64,000 nt of DNA from Klebsormidium nitens (lineage: Eukaryota; Plantae; Klebsormidiophyceae), in assembly GCA_000708835.1 (NCBI GenBank), contig DF237262.1, positions 41,079 to 105,078 on the forward strand, read 5' to 3'. Position numbers and translations under genes: made by a program. The notes beneath the pieces were generated by a model. That model did not search any database and had not been told where the DNA came from. It saw only the letters and a list, made by a program, of their open reading frames with translations. The stretch's first letter is position 1; every line of letters begins with the position of its first letter. Shown here piece by piece: positions 11,201 to 22,072 of the stretch.

Positions 11201-14075
11201 GCTTTCTCTTTACTCCCCTCCTGAGCCTTTTCTTCCGTATCAACTTTTCCTTCCTCTGGCTCCAGCCTGAGCACCAACTTGGAGCCCTCTTCCTCTTTAC
11301 TCGCAACATCAGGCTCTGCGAGCACGTTGGCTTCAGCCCCCTCCTCAGCAGCTGGTGTCTTTTCCGGGGTAAGAGAAGACACCGGTTCGGCAACTTCCGT
11401 GCTCGGGGGAGGAGCAACGGGAGCTTCCTCTTGGACCTTCTCGGTCGCAATCAATTCCTCTTTCAAAGGCTCCTGATCAACAGTCACTACCGGTGCCTCC
11501 TCTGACTCAGCAGCCTTCGCCTCTGCTTCGGCCACGGGGGCAGCATAGGTCTCTGCCAATCCAATGAGGGGGCCCGCTTCTTTCACGTCCACTGCCACCC
11601 CCTCTCCAGAAGGAGCCTCTTCCAGCTGCTCAACTCTCAAGCACTCCTCTCCTCCGCTCTTCTTTTCCCCTTCTTCTGAGGCAGCGCCAGCTGTCTCATC
11701 CTCAGCGCCAGCTGTCACAGCCTGAGGGAGCCCCTGCTTGTCTTTCCCCGGCTCATCCGCATCCATCACAGGGGGTTGCTCCTCCTCTGGCTTCTCCTCG
11801 CGCGGTAACTCGGGTTCGACTACCAACTCCAGAGTCCCAACCTCTGCTGTCTTCGAGCGCGAAAAGAGCCCGCTCAGGGCCGCCTGAACAAAAGACTTCC
11901 TTTCCGCTGGGGCCTCTGCTGGAGGCTGGTCTTCCTGCTCCGCAGCGGCCACGCCATTCTGCACTGGTCCCTTTACCTCTTCCTCAGCCCCGGGCGCCTC
12001 TTCCCTATCACTCTCGGTAGCCTCAGAGCTCCGCGCCTCATTCGCGTCTCCCTCGCCGCTCCCAGGAGTTGCATCCTCTGCCCCTTTCTCCACCTCTTCG
12101 TCCACTTTCTCGTCGCCCCTCAGCTGTGGCTCCATCTTCTGCTGCGCCCCCTCCTCTTCCTTGGTCCCCTCGGTGTCTGCACCGGCAGTCCCCAGCACCT
12201 TCGAGTTGCGCAGCGTCCGAACGGCTTCAAATGCAGCTCTGACACCCCCCTTCTTGGCTGCAGAAACCTGCACAGCTTTTACCGGCTCTGCACTCTTCTT
12301 CGGCCCCTTTCCGGATGATTTCACCCCCTTAAAACCCTCTCCCTTGTTTGCCAACCCTGCCTTGGAGCTACCTGGCTTTGCCTGGACCTCACCAGCTTTA
12401 CCTGGCCAGCGCCCCTTCGCCTCTCCCTTCTCCCCTTTCAACCTCTTCGCTTCTTTTCCTCCATCCCCCGCTTCAGAAGCTTTTCTCTTGGGACCAGGCT
12501 TCTCGCTGGAAGTGCCCTTAGGAGAAGATGTCCCTTTCGCTCCACTCCCCTCTTCAGCAGCTGCCTTTCTCTTGATCCCAGGCTTCTCAACAGAACTGCC
12601 CTTGGGGGAGGACTTCTCTTTTGCTAGCTGGAGAGAAAGGGGCTTCCGTCCAGGCTTCCCCTTCACTCCCTTGCTCGTCTTCTCGTCCTCCCTTCTCGGT
12701 CTCCCAGGACCCCTCTTGTCAGCCCCAGCTTTGGGCTTCTCTGCTCCAGATGCAGGCTTCTCTGCCCCACCCTTTGGGCTCGGCTCGTCCCTCTTGGGCC
12801 TCCCAGGGCCCTTCTTCTGACCCTCGTCTTCCTTCTTAGGCCTCCCAGGCCCCCTCTTCTGCGTCTCCTCTTCCTTGCGAGGCCTTCCAGGGCCCCGCTT
12901 CTGAGATTCGTCCTCCTTTTTGGGCCGCCCCGGGCCCCGCTTCTGAAGACCAGACGCACCCTCGTCCTTCTTCTTCTTCAAGACAGGAGTTCCCCCTTTC
13001 GCCCCTCCTTTTGAAACGCTACCGCCGGTCTTCACTTTTGACTGATCGGCCCCCATCTTCAGCTTGCGCCCCAGGCGGCCTCGCTCCAAGCCCAACGCAC
13101 TCTTGCCCTCCGGGCCGTGTTTTTTCCCACTCTGCTTCATCTGTGGGAAGGCGTCCTCGCCGTCCGAGATGCCTCGGAGATCGATAACTTCAAGTTTTGC
13201 CTGCAAGATGGGACAGTCATGCATGGTGTGTGCACGTTTTTCCTTCTTCATTGCTGCTGATGGAGACTTAAAAATGACTGCAGCTACCACTTTGCCTGGA
13301 TTGATGTAGCGAAACTCGAATTTGCTACTGCGGTTTTGCTACTGGCCAAGAGCCAAAAGCACAAATTAGGAAGGGGACAGTTCGTAACTCGAACACAGCC
13401 GGTGTGGAAATGAGTGCAAGTATAGACATGCATGTACAACTTTGATTGGCAACGGACGTTCAGAATACTAAACCACTTGAAGGAACGCACCATCAACATC
13501 AAGCCAGTGTATGAAAGCACTGTGCTTCTTCAAAAAGTTCGAAATTGGAGACCTGAAGTGCAAAACCAGCAAGTGGGCCAACTTCAGCAAGCAATGAAGG
13601 AGTGAGGCGTTTCAATAGTCTGACTACTGTTATTAGCTCACAGTGACGTTAGATAGACCGCACAGCTGCAAATTTCTGCTGAACAAAGGCGCACAGAGCC
13701 CCCTCTTGGTGAGGAGCACCATTCGACTCACTACCATCATCAGCTTACAGTGCTACTAGATCAGAACACACGGCTACAAAAATCTGGTGAATATAGGCGC
13801 ACTGAGGCCCCTCTTGTTTTCACTTCAGTGAAAAGGAGGTGCTGACTTCCTACTGTCCAGACAACCCTTGCAATGGCTTCAAAGCCCGAGCATGAACAAC
13901 TTGCAAAGCTGAATAAATAGACAAGAGGACGTCTCACCCCGTTTGATGGTGTTGCCTTTGTCTCTACCACCATTGTCTGTTCCTGCGTTTCAGCTGGTGC
14001 CGAGGCATGGGCGCCTCTGCCGGAAAAGAAGGAGGGCTGATCCTGACGATTGGAGGAGGCCTTCTCAGACTCTTC
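2286..14075 (-). CDS. Giant AT-hook + C2H2 (QALGGH) zinc-finger + EAR-motif transcription factor, >2,500 aa, spliced
   Basis: Phase-compatible GT-AG exon chain: 14075-13938, 13200-10915, 10359-9961, 9574-9365, 8901-6169, 5801-4969, 4545-3968, 3498-3372, 3288-3257, 2994-2743, then tentatively 2347-2286 (TGA). It encodes five GPGRP AT-hooks, four CX2CX12HX3H fingers (QALGGH x3, QKLGGH x1), LDLNL, and long K/E/S/G/P-rich disordered tracts. The true start exon and the last exon are uncertain. Confidence 0.75.
4494..4508 (-). other. EAR repression motif LDLNL within the transcription factor
   Basis: In-frame translation KTLDLNLAVP. DLNL/LxLxL EAR motifs typically accompany QALGGH fingers in plant ZAT/EPF repressors. 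Confidence 0.6.
9385..10320 (-). other. Four plant-type C2H2 zinc fingers (three in exon 10359-9961, one in exon 9574-9365)
   Basis: CDICGMVFGNGQALGGHKGSH, CDLCGLVFPNGQKLGGHKSSH, CDICGLVFANGQALGGHKGSH, CEICGLVFPTGQALGGHKGSH. First cysteines of fingers 1-3 lie at 10320, 10179 and 10044. Confidence 0.92.
12690..12950 (-). repeat. Coding tandem repeat of AT-hook motifs (K-R/K-GPGRP-K/R, about 42-bp / 14-aa unit)
   Basis: KRGPGRPKKEDESQ KRGPGRPRKEEETQ KRGPGRPKKEDEGQ KKGPGRPKRDEPS ... KRGPGRPRRED in ORF 10897..13290. Confidence 0.85.
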
Positions 14076-15229
14076 CTGCAGCAGGAAAAAGTTGCATCTC
14101 ACAACAGCAGCCAAACTGAAATCCATCTGCACCCTTCGATGCTCTTCTTCATGGTAAATTGAAATGCTTCAAGTATCACATAGCAGATTCTTCGCACTTT
14201 TGCCGTCAGCATGCTTCTGTACAGCTTGAAGTAGCAAAACTGCTTTTGCACTCTGCTTCAACAAGACGAACTCCGCTAAGAACTGGCACTTCCATGCGAT
14301 ATCAGTCTGAGAAGCAAGCTTTCGATGCAGAACAGCAGGCAGACAAGATTATGCACAGATTGTGCAAGTGCTTTGCTATGAAGGAAATGCCGTAGAGCTT
14401 TTGGAGCATTCCTTCCCAGCACAATTTCGCAGCAAAATGAACAAGGGCCCTTCTCAAAACCAAGCTTCTCCAAGCCAAAACTTCTCATCAAAAACGCGTT
14501 GACCACGATGTGCAATCAAAGCTTGAACCAGTGCTGACTGGTTAGCTCAAATGCTCAAGAGTAGCAATGGGCACTGGGACCGCACTCCCTTGCTGGGACC
14601 ACTGCACCACTTCATGGTTACTTTCATGGAGGATCGGCCCAAAACCGTAAGTCCAGCACTCTATGCTGAAGAACTGCATCTCACCTGCGCAATGACGTCA
14701 CCGAGCAACCTCAGTTTCTGCGGCGTGAAGATTGGATTTAATCGGCAAAGTGGACCCAAGGAGTTCCCACCAAGCGGAGCAGTGCGTTTGCTCAAACCTG
14801 TCATGCAACAAGCAAGCGGTGCCCAGGGAGCGCTGCTCTCCTAAATTACGGGGTTGACCACTCCAGTTTAGGACGCGACACGAAAGACCTAGTTTGCAGT
14901 CACTACCCTTGCACCTGCTGCTCTGACAAGCCTGCTTGCAGCTCAGATGATGAGTCGTCTGCTGCAGACGGCTCTATATGATCTGCACAATGTAAGCGTC
15001 TGACGCAACCTATCCAACCACTTAGCATCCAACTTCACAGTGAGACCCGGATGATTCTTCTGCCAAACACAGAGCCCGCGTTCTGCAAAGCACCATAAAC
15101 AAGTGTAGTCAGGATGCTGACGAAAGAAGCCTACACAGAGTTGGATGGATTGGAGTTGAAAGAGCTGAGCACTTCCAACCACAATACTGGCAGCAGGCTC
15201 TGGACAAACATCTGAACCCGATTGCCTAC

Positions 15230-15809
15230 TGTAGGCACCGAAAGTTGCTGATCTAACCGCATTTGCAAGACAACCCTTGCTGACCTGATCTGTCGACGAT
15301 AGATACACCTGTTGTATGCATCGTCGTAGTAGAAGAGTTGCTTTTCTTGCTTTACCATTCTCAGGCACATCAAGAGACAAGATAATCTTGCTCCAAAGTG
15401 TTCAAACAATACCTGCTCATCTGAACAATAGTCGAGCTTCTCATATTGCATGCTATGCAGTTAAAATACCATGCATGACTTTTGTTTGCAACATAAGGCA
15501 GAAGCTACTGGAACATCCCAATACCGAACATCAGTCGCATGGCAAGCTGCAGAGATACATAAGCCCTTCGTAATCCAAAAACGTCCTTGGTACAAATAGA
15601 TAGGAGGACCAACAAACGGCAAGAACGGATTTGGTAACTGGACCGTCAACATGGTCTCGAGACCGCAAAACTAGGCATCATGCGCTGCGGAGGGTTTCTC
15701 TAGAAGACACCTCACCTGTGCTAGAGTCTTCAACAAAGCTCTCCACAAATGCCAAAGCCAAACAAATACGTGAGCTTTCGGATGATGCAGCACGTACTCC
15801 GGCACGACC
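15230..15809 (-). CDS. Candidate spliced exons of unknown product (possibly 5' exons of the transcription factor, or a separate gene)
   Basis: Exons 15809-15716, 15637-15559 and 15420-15230 have canonical splice sites and compatible phases, giving about 120 stop-free aa (VVPEYVLHHPKAHVFVWLWHLWRALLKTLAQLPNPFLPF...). The final donor is phase 0, matching the acceptor at 14075. No family is confidently recognised. Confidence 0.3.
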
Positions 15810-16500
15810 CTGATGGAAACGGCAGCAGTGCTCGGCCCAGGGCTCCCTTACTGATCGCCACTACTCCTTCCAGCGCTTGTCCCCATCTTCATCTGAGTGG
15901 TCCAGTCATGTTGCAATCATAATTCGCAGTCTACGGTGGACTCCGCTCTCTATGAAGACATGTTTCCAGACTCTACACCGTTGCAGAGGTGCGCCCTGTC
16001 CACGTTTTGCTGTTGGAATCAGGAAACCGCTTACCGGTCGTTCCTCCGAGCGAACTCCAGCACTTATGCGTGCCACCCCGGGCCCCCTTCCGAGACTCAC
16101 GGAATATCCAGCTGTTTTGTCAACCGGGCACGAAGGCCGACACGCAGAGACGCCAGATTTTGGCGAGTAAAATATTTATTGTGCTAGCTTTCGAAAGCAC
16201 GCTTATATTCAGACATTTTCTAAAATAAATATCGGCAATTCCAACGTCCAACTATTCATTCCGACAGATACCAAAAGTTCAAACCCCGCATATCATGTTG
16301 AGAAATGAGACTCACACGGTGTCACACCTTACTAGATCCAAAGAAAACACCTAACATTGGAATTTGGCCCTGTTAAATTTGATGTCTGGACTCGGGTGTC
16401 AAATGCGATGCCAGGTTGCATCCCGGCGAAACTGTGTGGCGTCATGTCTACCGTAGCACTCGGGAAACATCCCGTATCAGCTCCAATGACCAATGTGCAG

Positions 16501-16863
16501 GTACCGGTAGGTACGCGGTGAATGCTGCACGCAGGTTCGTACGTGTCGATCAGTGCTTTTATCCTCGGTACCTACCGATGCTACCCCGGTGAGTCGTGAC
16601 TGTATAACAGAGTCTTGTACCGGTACACGATCAGGAGGTGTATGATACCTAGTCGAGACTCGCGGGGCCTGGGCAGCCGCAGCCCCGTCGGTACATGACT
16701 CTGAATTGATTTGCTCAAACCGTCTTGTTCTTAGGGTACCGTACACGGTCCGTTGTCAATGTACGTAACCCCTGATACCTACGCCGACGGTACTGTCACT
16801 GGTCAGTGGTGTGGACCTCAATATCAAGCGTACAATGTTCGGTATTGGATCTGCAGTCTGTAC
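16501..16863. promoter_or_regulatory. Dense cluster of 13 GTAC cores (possible SBP-box/copper-response elements)
   Basis: GTAC counted at 16501, 16511, 16539, 16568, 16617, 16623, 16691, 16736, 16741, 16761, 16790, 16830 and 16860. About 1.4 would be expected by chance in 363 bp. The function is inferred only. Confidence 0.3.
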
Positions 16864-19800
16864 ATCTGCAACCCCGGCGACTTTGTAACGAAGGCCGACG
16901 ATTTCGGTAAAATTCTGGTGCTTCTGGCGTTCGTCAATTTAATGCCGCGCCCGACCGTGCATGCACTCTATCTAGGGGTATCCTGACACTGTGGTCGATG
17001 CCCGGGGCTAAGATTCCATCCACCCAGGTCGCACAAAACATCATCGTATGCATTATGCGAGTCCCATGCGAAAGCATTGGCGAACCGAGTTCGAACCAGC
17101 AAGTTCAGACTCGCAATGACTATCTTCGTTGCAAACCGCCGTTCTGCCATGGCGCAAAAATATCACCGGTTTCAACCGTCGGCCCGGGATATCATATTGT
17201 AGCTCCCGGGGAAGTGCCGCGAGCGCCGGCGGAATATTGCAAGAGGGTGCAATATAGAGTAATAATTGTACGGCTTTTGTGACGCGTCCCAAGAATTCAA
17301 ACGTGGAGGGCGAGATCTGATTGGATCGAGCAAGATTCCCATGAATTTCATTGGCTGAGAATTCCTCGGGGTAAGGAAACTGAAATGCGTCTGCGTCGCT
17401 TGCTGTGAAGGGGCAGATCGATCTCCGGACAGGGTACCGGCTTATGATGATCTGATTGTCGCCTCCGTCATGAGTCATAGTAGCCTGGTAGCCTGCGTAC
17501 CACGGCAGAAATTTACGCTGAGACCCTGAATCATGGCTAACCACTGGCTAACCACTGTGCAGTGCACGGACTTGGAGCTTGCGTTCCAGCTACAGCAATT
17601 TTCTTAGGGAGCTGCAATCACTGACATTTGCCTCTCAGCTATGGTCGATGGCAAAATCAGGTATTGCGGAAGTCGTTGCCCTTCTCTAAACCTTCCACTG
17701 CAGCTAGCAGCTGTTGGTAAACTCGTGTGCACCATTATCGAATTAAATCTGCGGCCCTCTGACTGCAACTTCAATAGCAGCTGCCTCGTCATGTGTATCA
17801 CGCATGCCTACTATGAGCCAAATGACTGTCCTTGACTTCCTTTGTGAGCTGTTCGTAGCGCCGGGCTTCTGGCCTTCAAAGCACGCGCAAAACGGGCACT
17901 GACTCAGACTTACGGTTTCGTTAGCTGAATGCTTGCAACCAAGCTCCTTTCACCAACGCTCTTTCAGACATTCTTTGCATGGCACGAAAGACCCTGCTAA
18001 CCAATGTCACACCAGCAGGGATAATGCAGCCAAAAGCATGCTTATATCATGACGTATTCAATCGTTGCATATGCGCGCATGGAGCTGTTTCTGAGGTAGG
18101 CATGCGAAGATCGGGGTCCGGACTCCCAGCAAGTCCCAATGTACTCGGCCTAAGCTGAAGATCACTGTTGATACCGCTGTACCAGCTCAATGTGATGACG
18201 TATGTTGCAGCTAGCGAGCTGGTTGCAGCACATAGTCAGAGCAACGTTGATCTCTGTCTGCAGCTAGCTCTGGGCAGCTTGCTGCAGGCAGCAGGACAGT
18301 CTGCTCAATCTGCAGCTCTGCTCAAGGGATATTGTACAATTCAAGACTCGACGAATGTCGTTGCAATGGACAACCTTGAGACTCTACTGAGACCCTGCAG
18401 GGGATCCTGCCTTACTGCCTGCAGTCCCCATGCATATGGAAATGGCCAGCTTCATTCATGAGTCTGAATAGGTGCAACTGCTATATCCTCAGCATTTGGA
18501 GCCTAGTCATAAAACTATTAGGTAGTGTATATCAGTGTGTGATAGTACATATTCAGTGCGCAAGTGCAAGTCCCCAACGATGAATGGGGCACTTGCCAGC
18601 TTCAAATGCGGCCTTCAGAGCTGCTGTCGCTGGTCTCTTTCCTCACCTGGCAGGGTCATGCCTCAAATATAGGGTTACGAGTCTTGTTCCATACAGATCA
18701 AACCGCAAGTGAATCCTAGCTGATCATAGACCTAGCTATTTTTGTCCAGGACAGCGGGAGCAGTGGAACAAGCTGGGAGTACCAGTAGAAGATTCACAAC
18801 CACTTCCATCAATGCAGCTCGTCTTCAAGCTCTGCGAATGCATAGACCGATCATGACGTGCCATTTGTTGCAAGCACTGGCGTTGGTAGTGGAAAATTAA
18901 AGGTACCTGGTATATCCGGACTCAATACATGAGCTGGTTCTGTGACAATCTCTGGCCTCTAGATGCACAGGAGTCTATGTAGTTAGTGTGGGCTGCCAGC
19001 TGCATTTAGAGTACTAGTTTTGTAACAGGCTGCATGGAACAAAACACATGCATCAATGCAATGACGTACATCGACTTAGCAATCAACAGAGGACAGCTTG
19101 ATCAGGTCAGCAACCGCTTCAGGCAGCTCAGGCCACTCCGACTTGAGCTGTATATCTTTAGGGTTTGGTTCTGCTTTCACCGTTCGGTTCTGACGTCACT
19201 CCTTCATCGGGTCTAAGAAGAAAGCCGGGCCATTGTTGATGACCCCCCCTGTTCTGGCGCTTGCGTGACGTTGATTAGCTAGTGTGGCACGCTGACCGGC
19301 GAGCAAATAAAGCCAGAATATGCTACCTCAATGAACATCGGCATCCAACAATCTGCCACGTTGGTGCTGCACTGGTTGAATCTGCAGAGAGGTAGCTAGC
19401 GCTGATCTTCTTGTAGCCTTCCTCTTCCAACGAGCCTAGCTAAATTGCCCACCTCTCAATTCAAAACTGGTAGCTGCTTCAAGACCTTATACCTGTTTCC
19501 CGGACATGAGTCAGTGATGTTGCTGAGAAAGGGCTGTCTAGACAATCGTGACAAGAGCATCCCCAACACATCACGTGCAGGTAGTCTGTCGAACGTCTGA
19601 TCATTAATCGAAGATCATTACATGCTTGGCGCTGCAGAACAGGTGTCAACGAGTTAGGAAGGGTTGGGTCCATAGTAAGTTTCAATGGGGCGCCCTACTT
19701 AGGGCGCCCAAAAGACGTGTGAGGTTGCTAGGGGATCTGGGCGGGTACTAGAATTGGGCGAAGCGTGCGAACTTTAGCTGGCTTATAGCTGGGTTCTGGT

Positions 19801-22072
19801 CCTTAGTTGAGTCTTACTTTTCCGTATCAACCTTCCTCGTCAAAGGACCTATTCATCAGTTACTTGGATCATCGTTTCCATTCTGCGACAAAGCATGCGA
19901 TCCATGATCAAAGTTCGACAGGTCTTCAACCCTGCGATGGGCTGGGACTTCAACTCGGGCCGGTTGCTTGCGAAACAATGTTTGCCAACATGTCGTGTTC
20001 AAGGATGGAGTCTTATCGAGGTACTAACCCTCAATCAAGGCAAAGATGGATTCGAAAGCTGCGTCAAGGAGTGGCCGGAGCAAGGAAGGAGGTCCAGCTT
20101 CATGTAGATTGAATATCAATGGCAGACGTAAATACGGCTGTACTGCTAGCTGTTGGCCTGATCGCTGCTGAGCCTCGGACTAATATTGCGTTCGCTTGAT
20201 CGTCAATCAGATGATTCGCTTCTGCATTGGTCGAACCATCGATCAGAGTATATATGTAGATCAGACTCCCCGTGGATTGATGGTACCGGTAGGATCGCCA
20301 TCAGCAGTATTCACCAGTAAATGGCATTGACCTGGGATCGCGCTTGCGCAGAATTGCCTTGCGGCTTTAGCGATAACCTGAGTTCGGATGTGCTCGCCCA
20401 GCACTTTCAATCTCTTTTCTGACCAAGGTTCTTGTTGCATTCGCCATCAGAGGTTACAAACAAAGTACTCCGAGGTTCAAAAGGCTCTTCGTAGTGCGAC
20501 AGAACAGGCTGGTGTTGAGGAATGTCAACACGGTGTGCATTCAACCTCGTTTGGCGAGGCATTGGAAAAACCAAAACCTCTAAGCTGTTGGGTACGTTTG
20601 ACTGTGAAGGACCTTCCTACTCAAGAATTGCTTATGACCTCTCTGCCTCAGGATGTCAACCAGATAGTGCCCACAGACAGTTGTATCTGGAGACAAATTG
20701 CAGTACCGGATCTGTGTCTCAGTGAAAAGAATGAGGTGACGAGCAGCTAGGCTGCCATTTGATCTGGCGTCCCTTCAGGTAAAAGTCCTGATCGCTTCTT
20801 CTGGTATATCACTCCAAAAACAGTCGATAATTTGACTCAGCATAGCCGGGGTATTATCAACCCATCAATTAATGGTCGTCAGAAAGCCCCTTCGAAAATG
20901 TTGCTCAATTTCTAGCTCTCTCGTTCAGACCTACTCGAGCAAACAGGGAACCATCTGCGTCAGGAGAATACCGCTTCGCCTGAAGAAGCTAGAGACCCAC
21001 GAAGGCGCTAATCAGATGATCACATACTGAAGAAACACTACCCGCCAGAATCAACTGTCACGAGCTGACTGTGACGAGGCTAGTCCTCCAAAGCAAGATA
21101 CACTGCGTATCTGCACACGTGGCGAAGTTCATGAAGCAAGCCCACTTGCCGTCTCCATTGCTTAGAAGGAAGCCTGGGCTCTGTCCATGCAAAATGGACG
21201 GTTGACGCGACCGAAAGCGATCTGCTGCCGCCTTGTGACCGTTTAGTCAAAAGAGCCTCCGCAGGGGTCCAGAATGTGCAATAGAAAGCCGCGTCTCCCG
21301 TTTCTCATGCACGGATTGACCAGTGTGCTCGACTTTTACTAGCTGGGCAACATTCACTCTAGCGGCGGCCCCATTGCATGATCGATAGGGTTGTGACTAC
21401 AGAACTTAAGTTAGAGATATCGAGCCAGCTAGCATTATCACATTTGCCCTTTCAGACACGTATACTAGGTACGTGCGTCAGCACGCGTACACGCCTCGCG
21501 CAATATCGTCTGCGCGTGGAGCTCAGCATGGATCAAGTCTGAATCTTCAAGCCGGCCGCCGTAAAACGGCCCTCGCAACGTACAGCTAGCTACACGTCCA
21601 TGCTCAAACAGTCATGGTCAGGCAGCGCTACATCTAACTTAACTACATGGACTGCAAGCTGAGGCGCCATGTGCGCCGGCACAAACTTGTCGATCCGGGA
21701 TCATGATCGCCGCGCAGGCCCATGTGACGCCAATTTTGAAGTCAAAGCTTAAGCAAGATGTAGGAATGTATAAAAAGAGTGAAGATATTCTCGATGAATT
21801 GTTGCACCTCCCAGCTAGCTTACAAAAAGTGCGTCGCGTTCATGCTGGCCTTCCTTAAGAACTACAGCCAGGTTGACATTAGGAAGCTGAATTGTAACAC
21901 TTACACGCTGGGGTAATAATATGGTACTAGCCAAGCGCGGCTCATCAAACTCCAGCATATTAGCAGGTTCTAACTCGCTCGTTGTTTACAAAGTCGAACC
22001 TAGTCTCGCATGGCGCCTGGCAACACCGTTTCAAGTGTATGGTACAGCATACTGTGCTATCAGCCAAGCAAC

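Noticed and set aside
3889-13309. Numerous long plus-strand and alternate-frame ORFs (e.g. 6349..7368, 6506..7513, 7829..8911, 12161..12820)
   Set aside because: Antisense shadows of GC-rich, low-complexity coding exons, with S/P/F/R-rich translations and no independent signatures.
16900-21900. Scattered 60-160-aa ORFs (e.g. 17053..17544, 18168..18461, 19895..20107, 20388..20750)
   Set aside because: No recognisable domains and no consistent phase-compatible exon chain could be built. The region is left unannotated and may hold degraded or fast-evolving genes.
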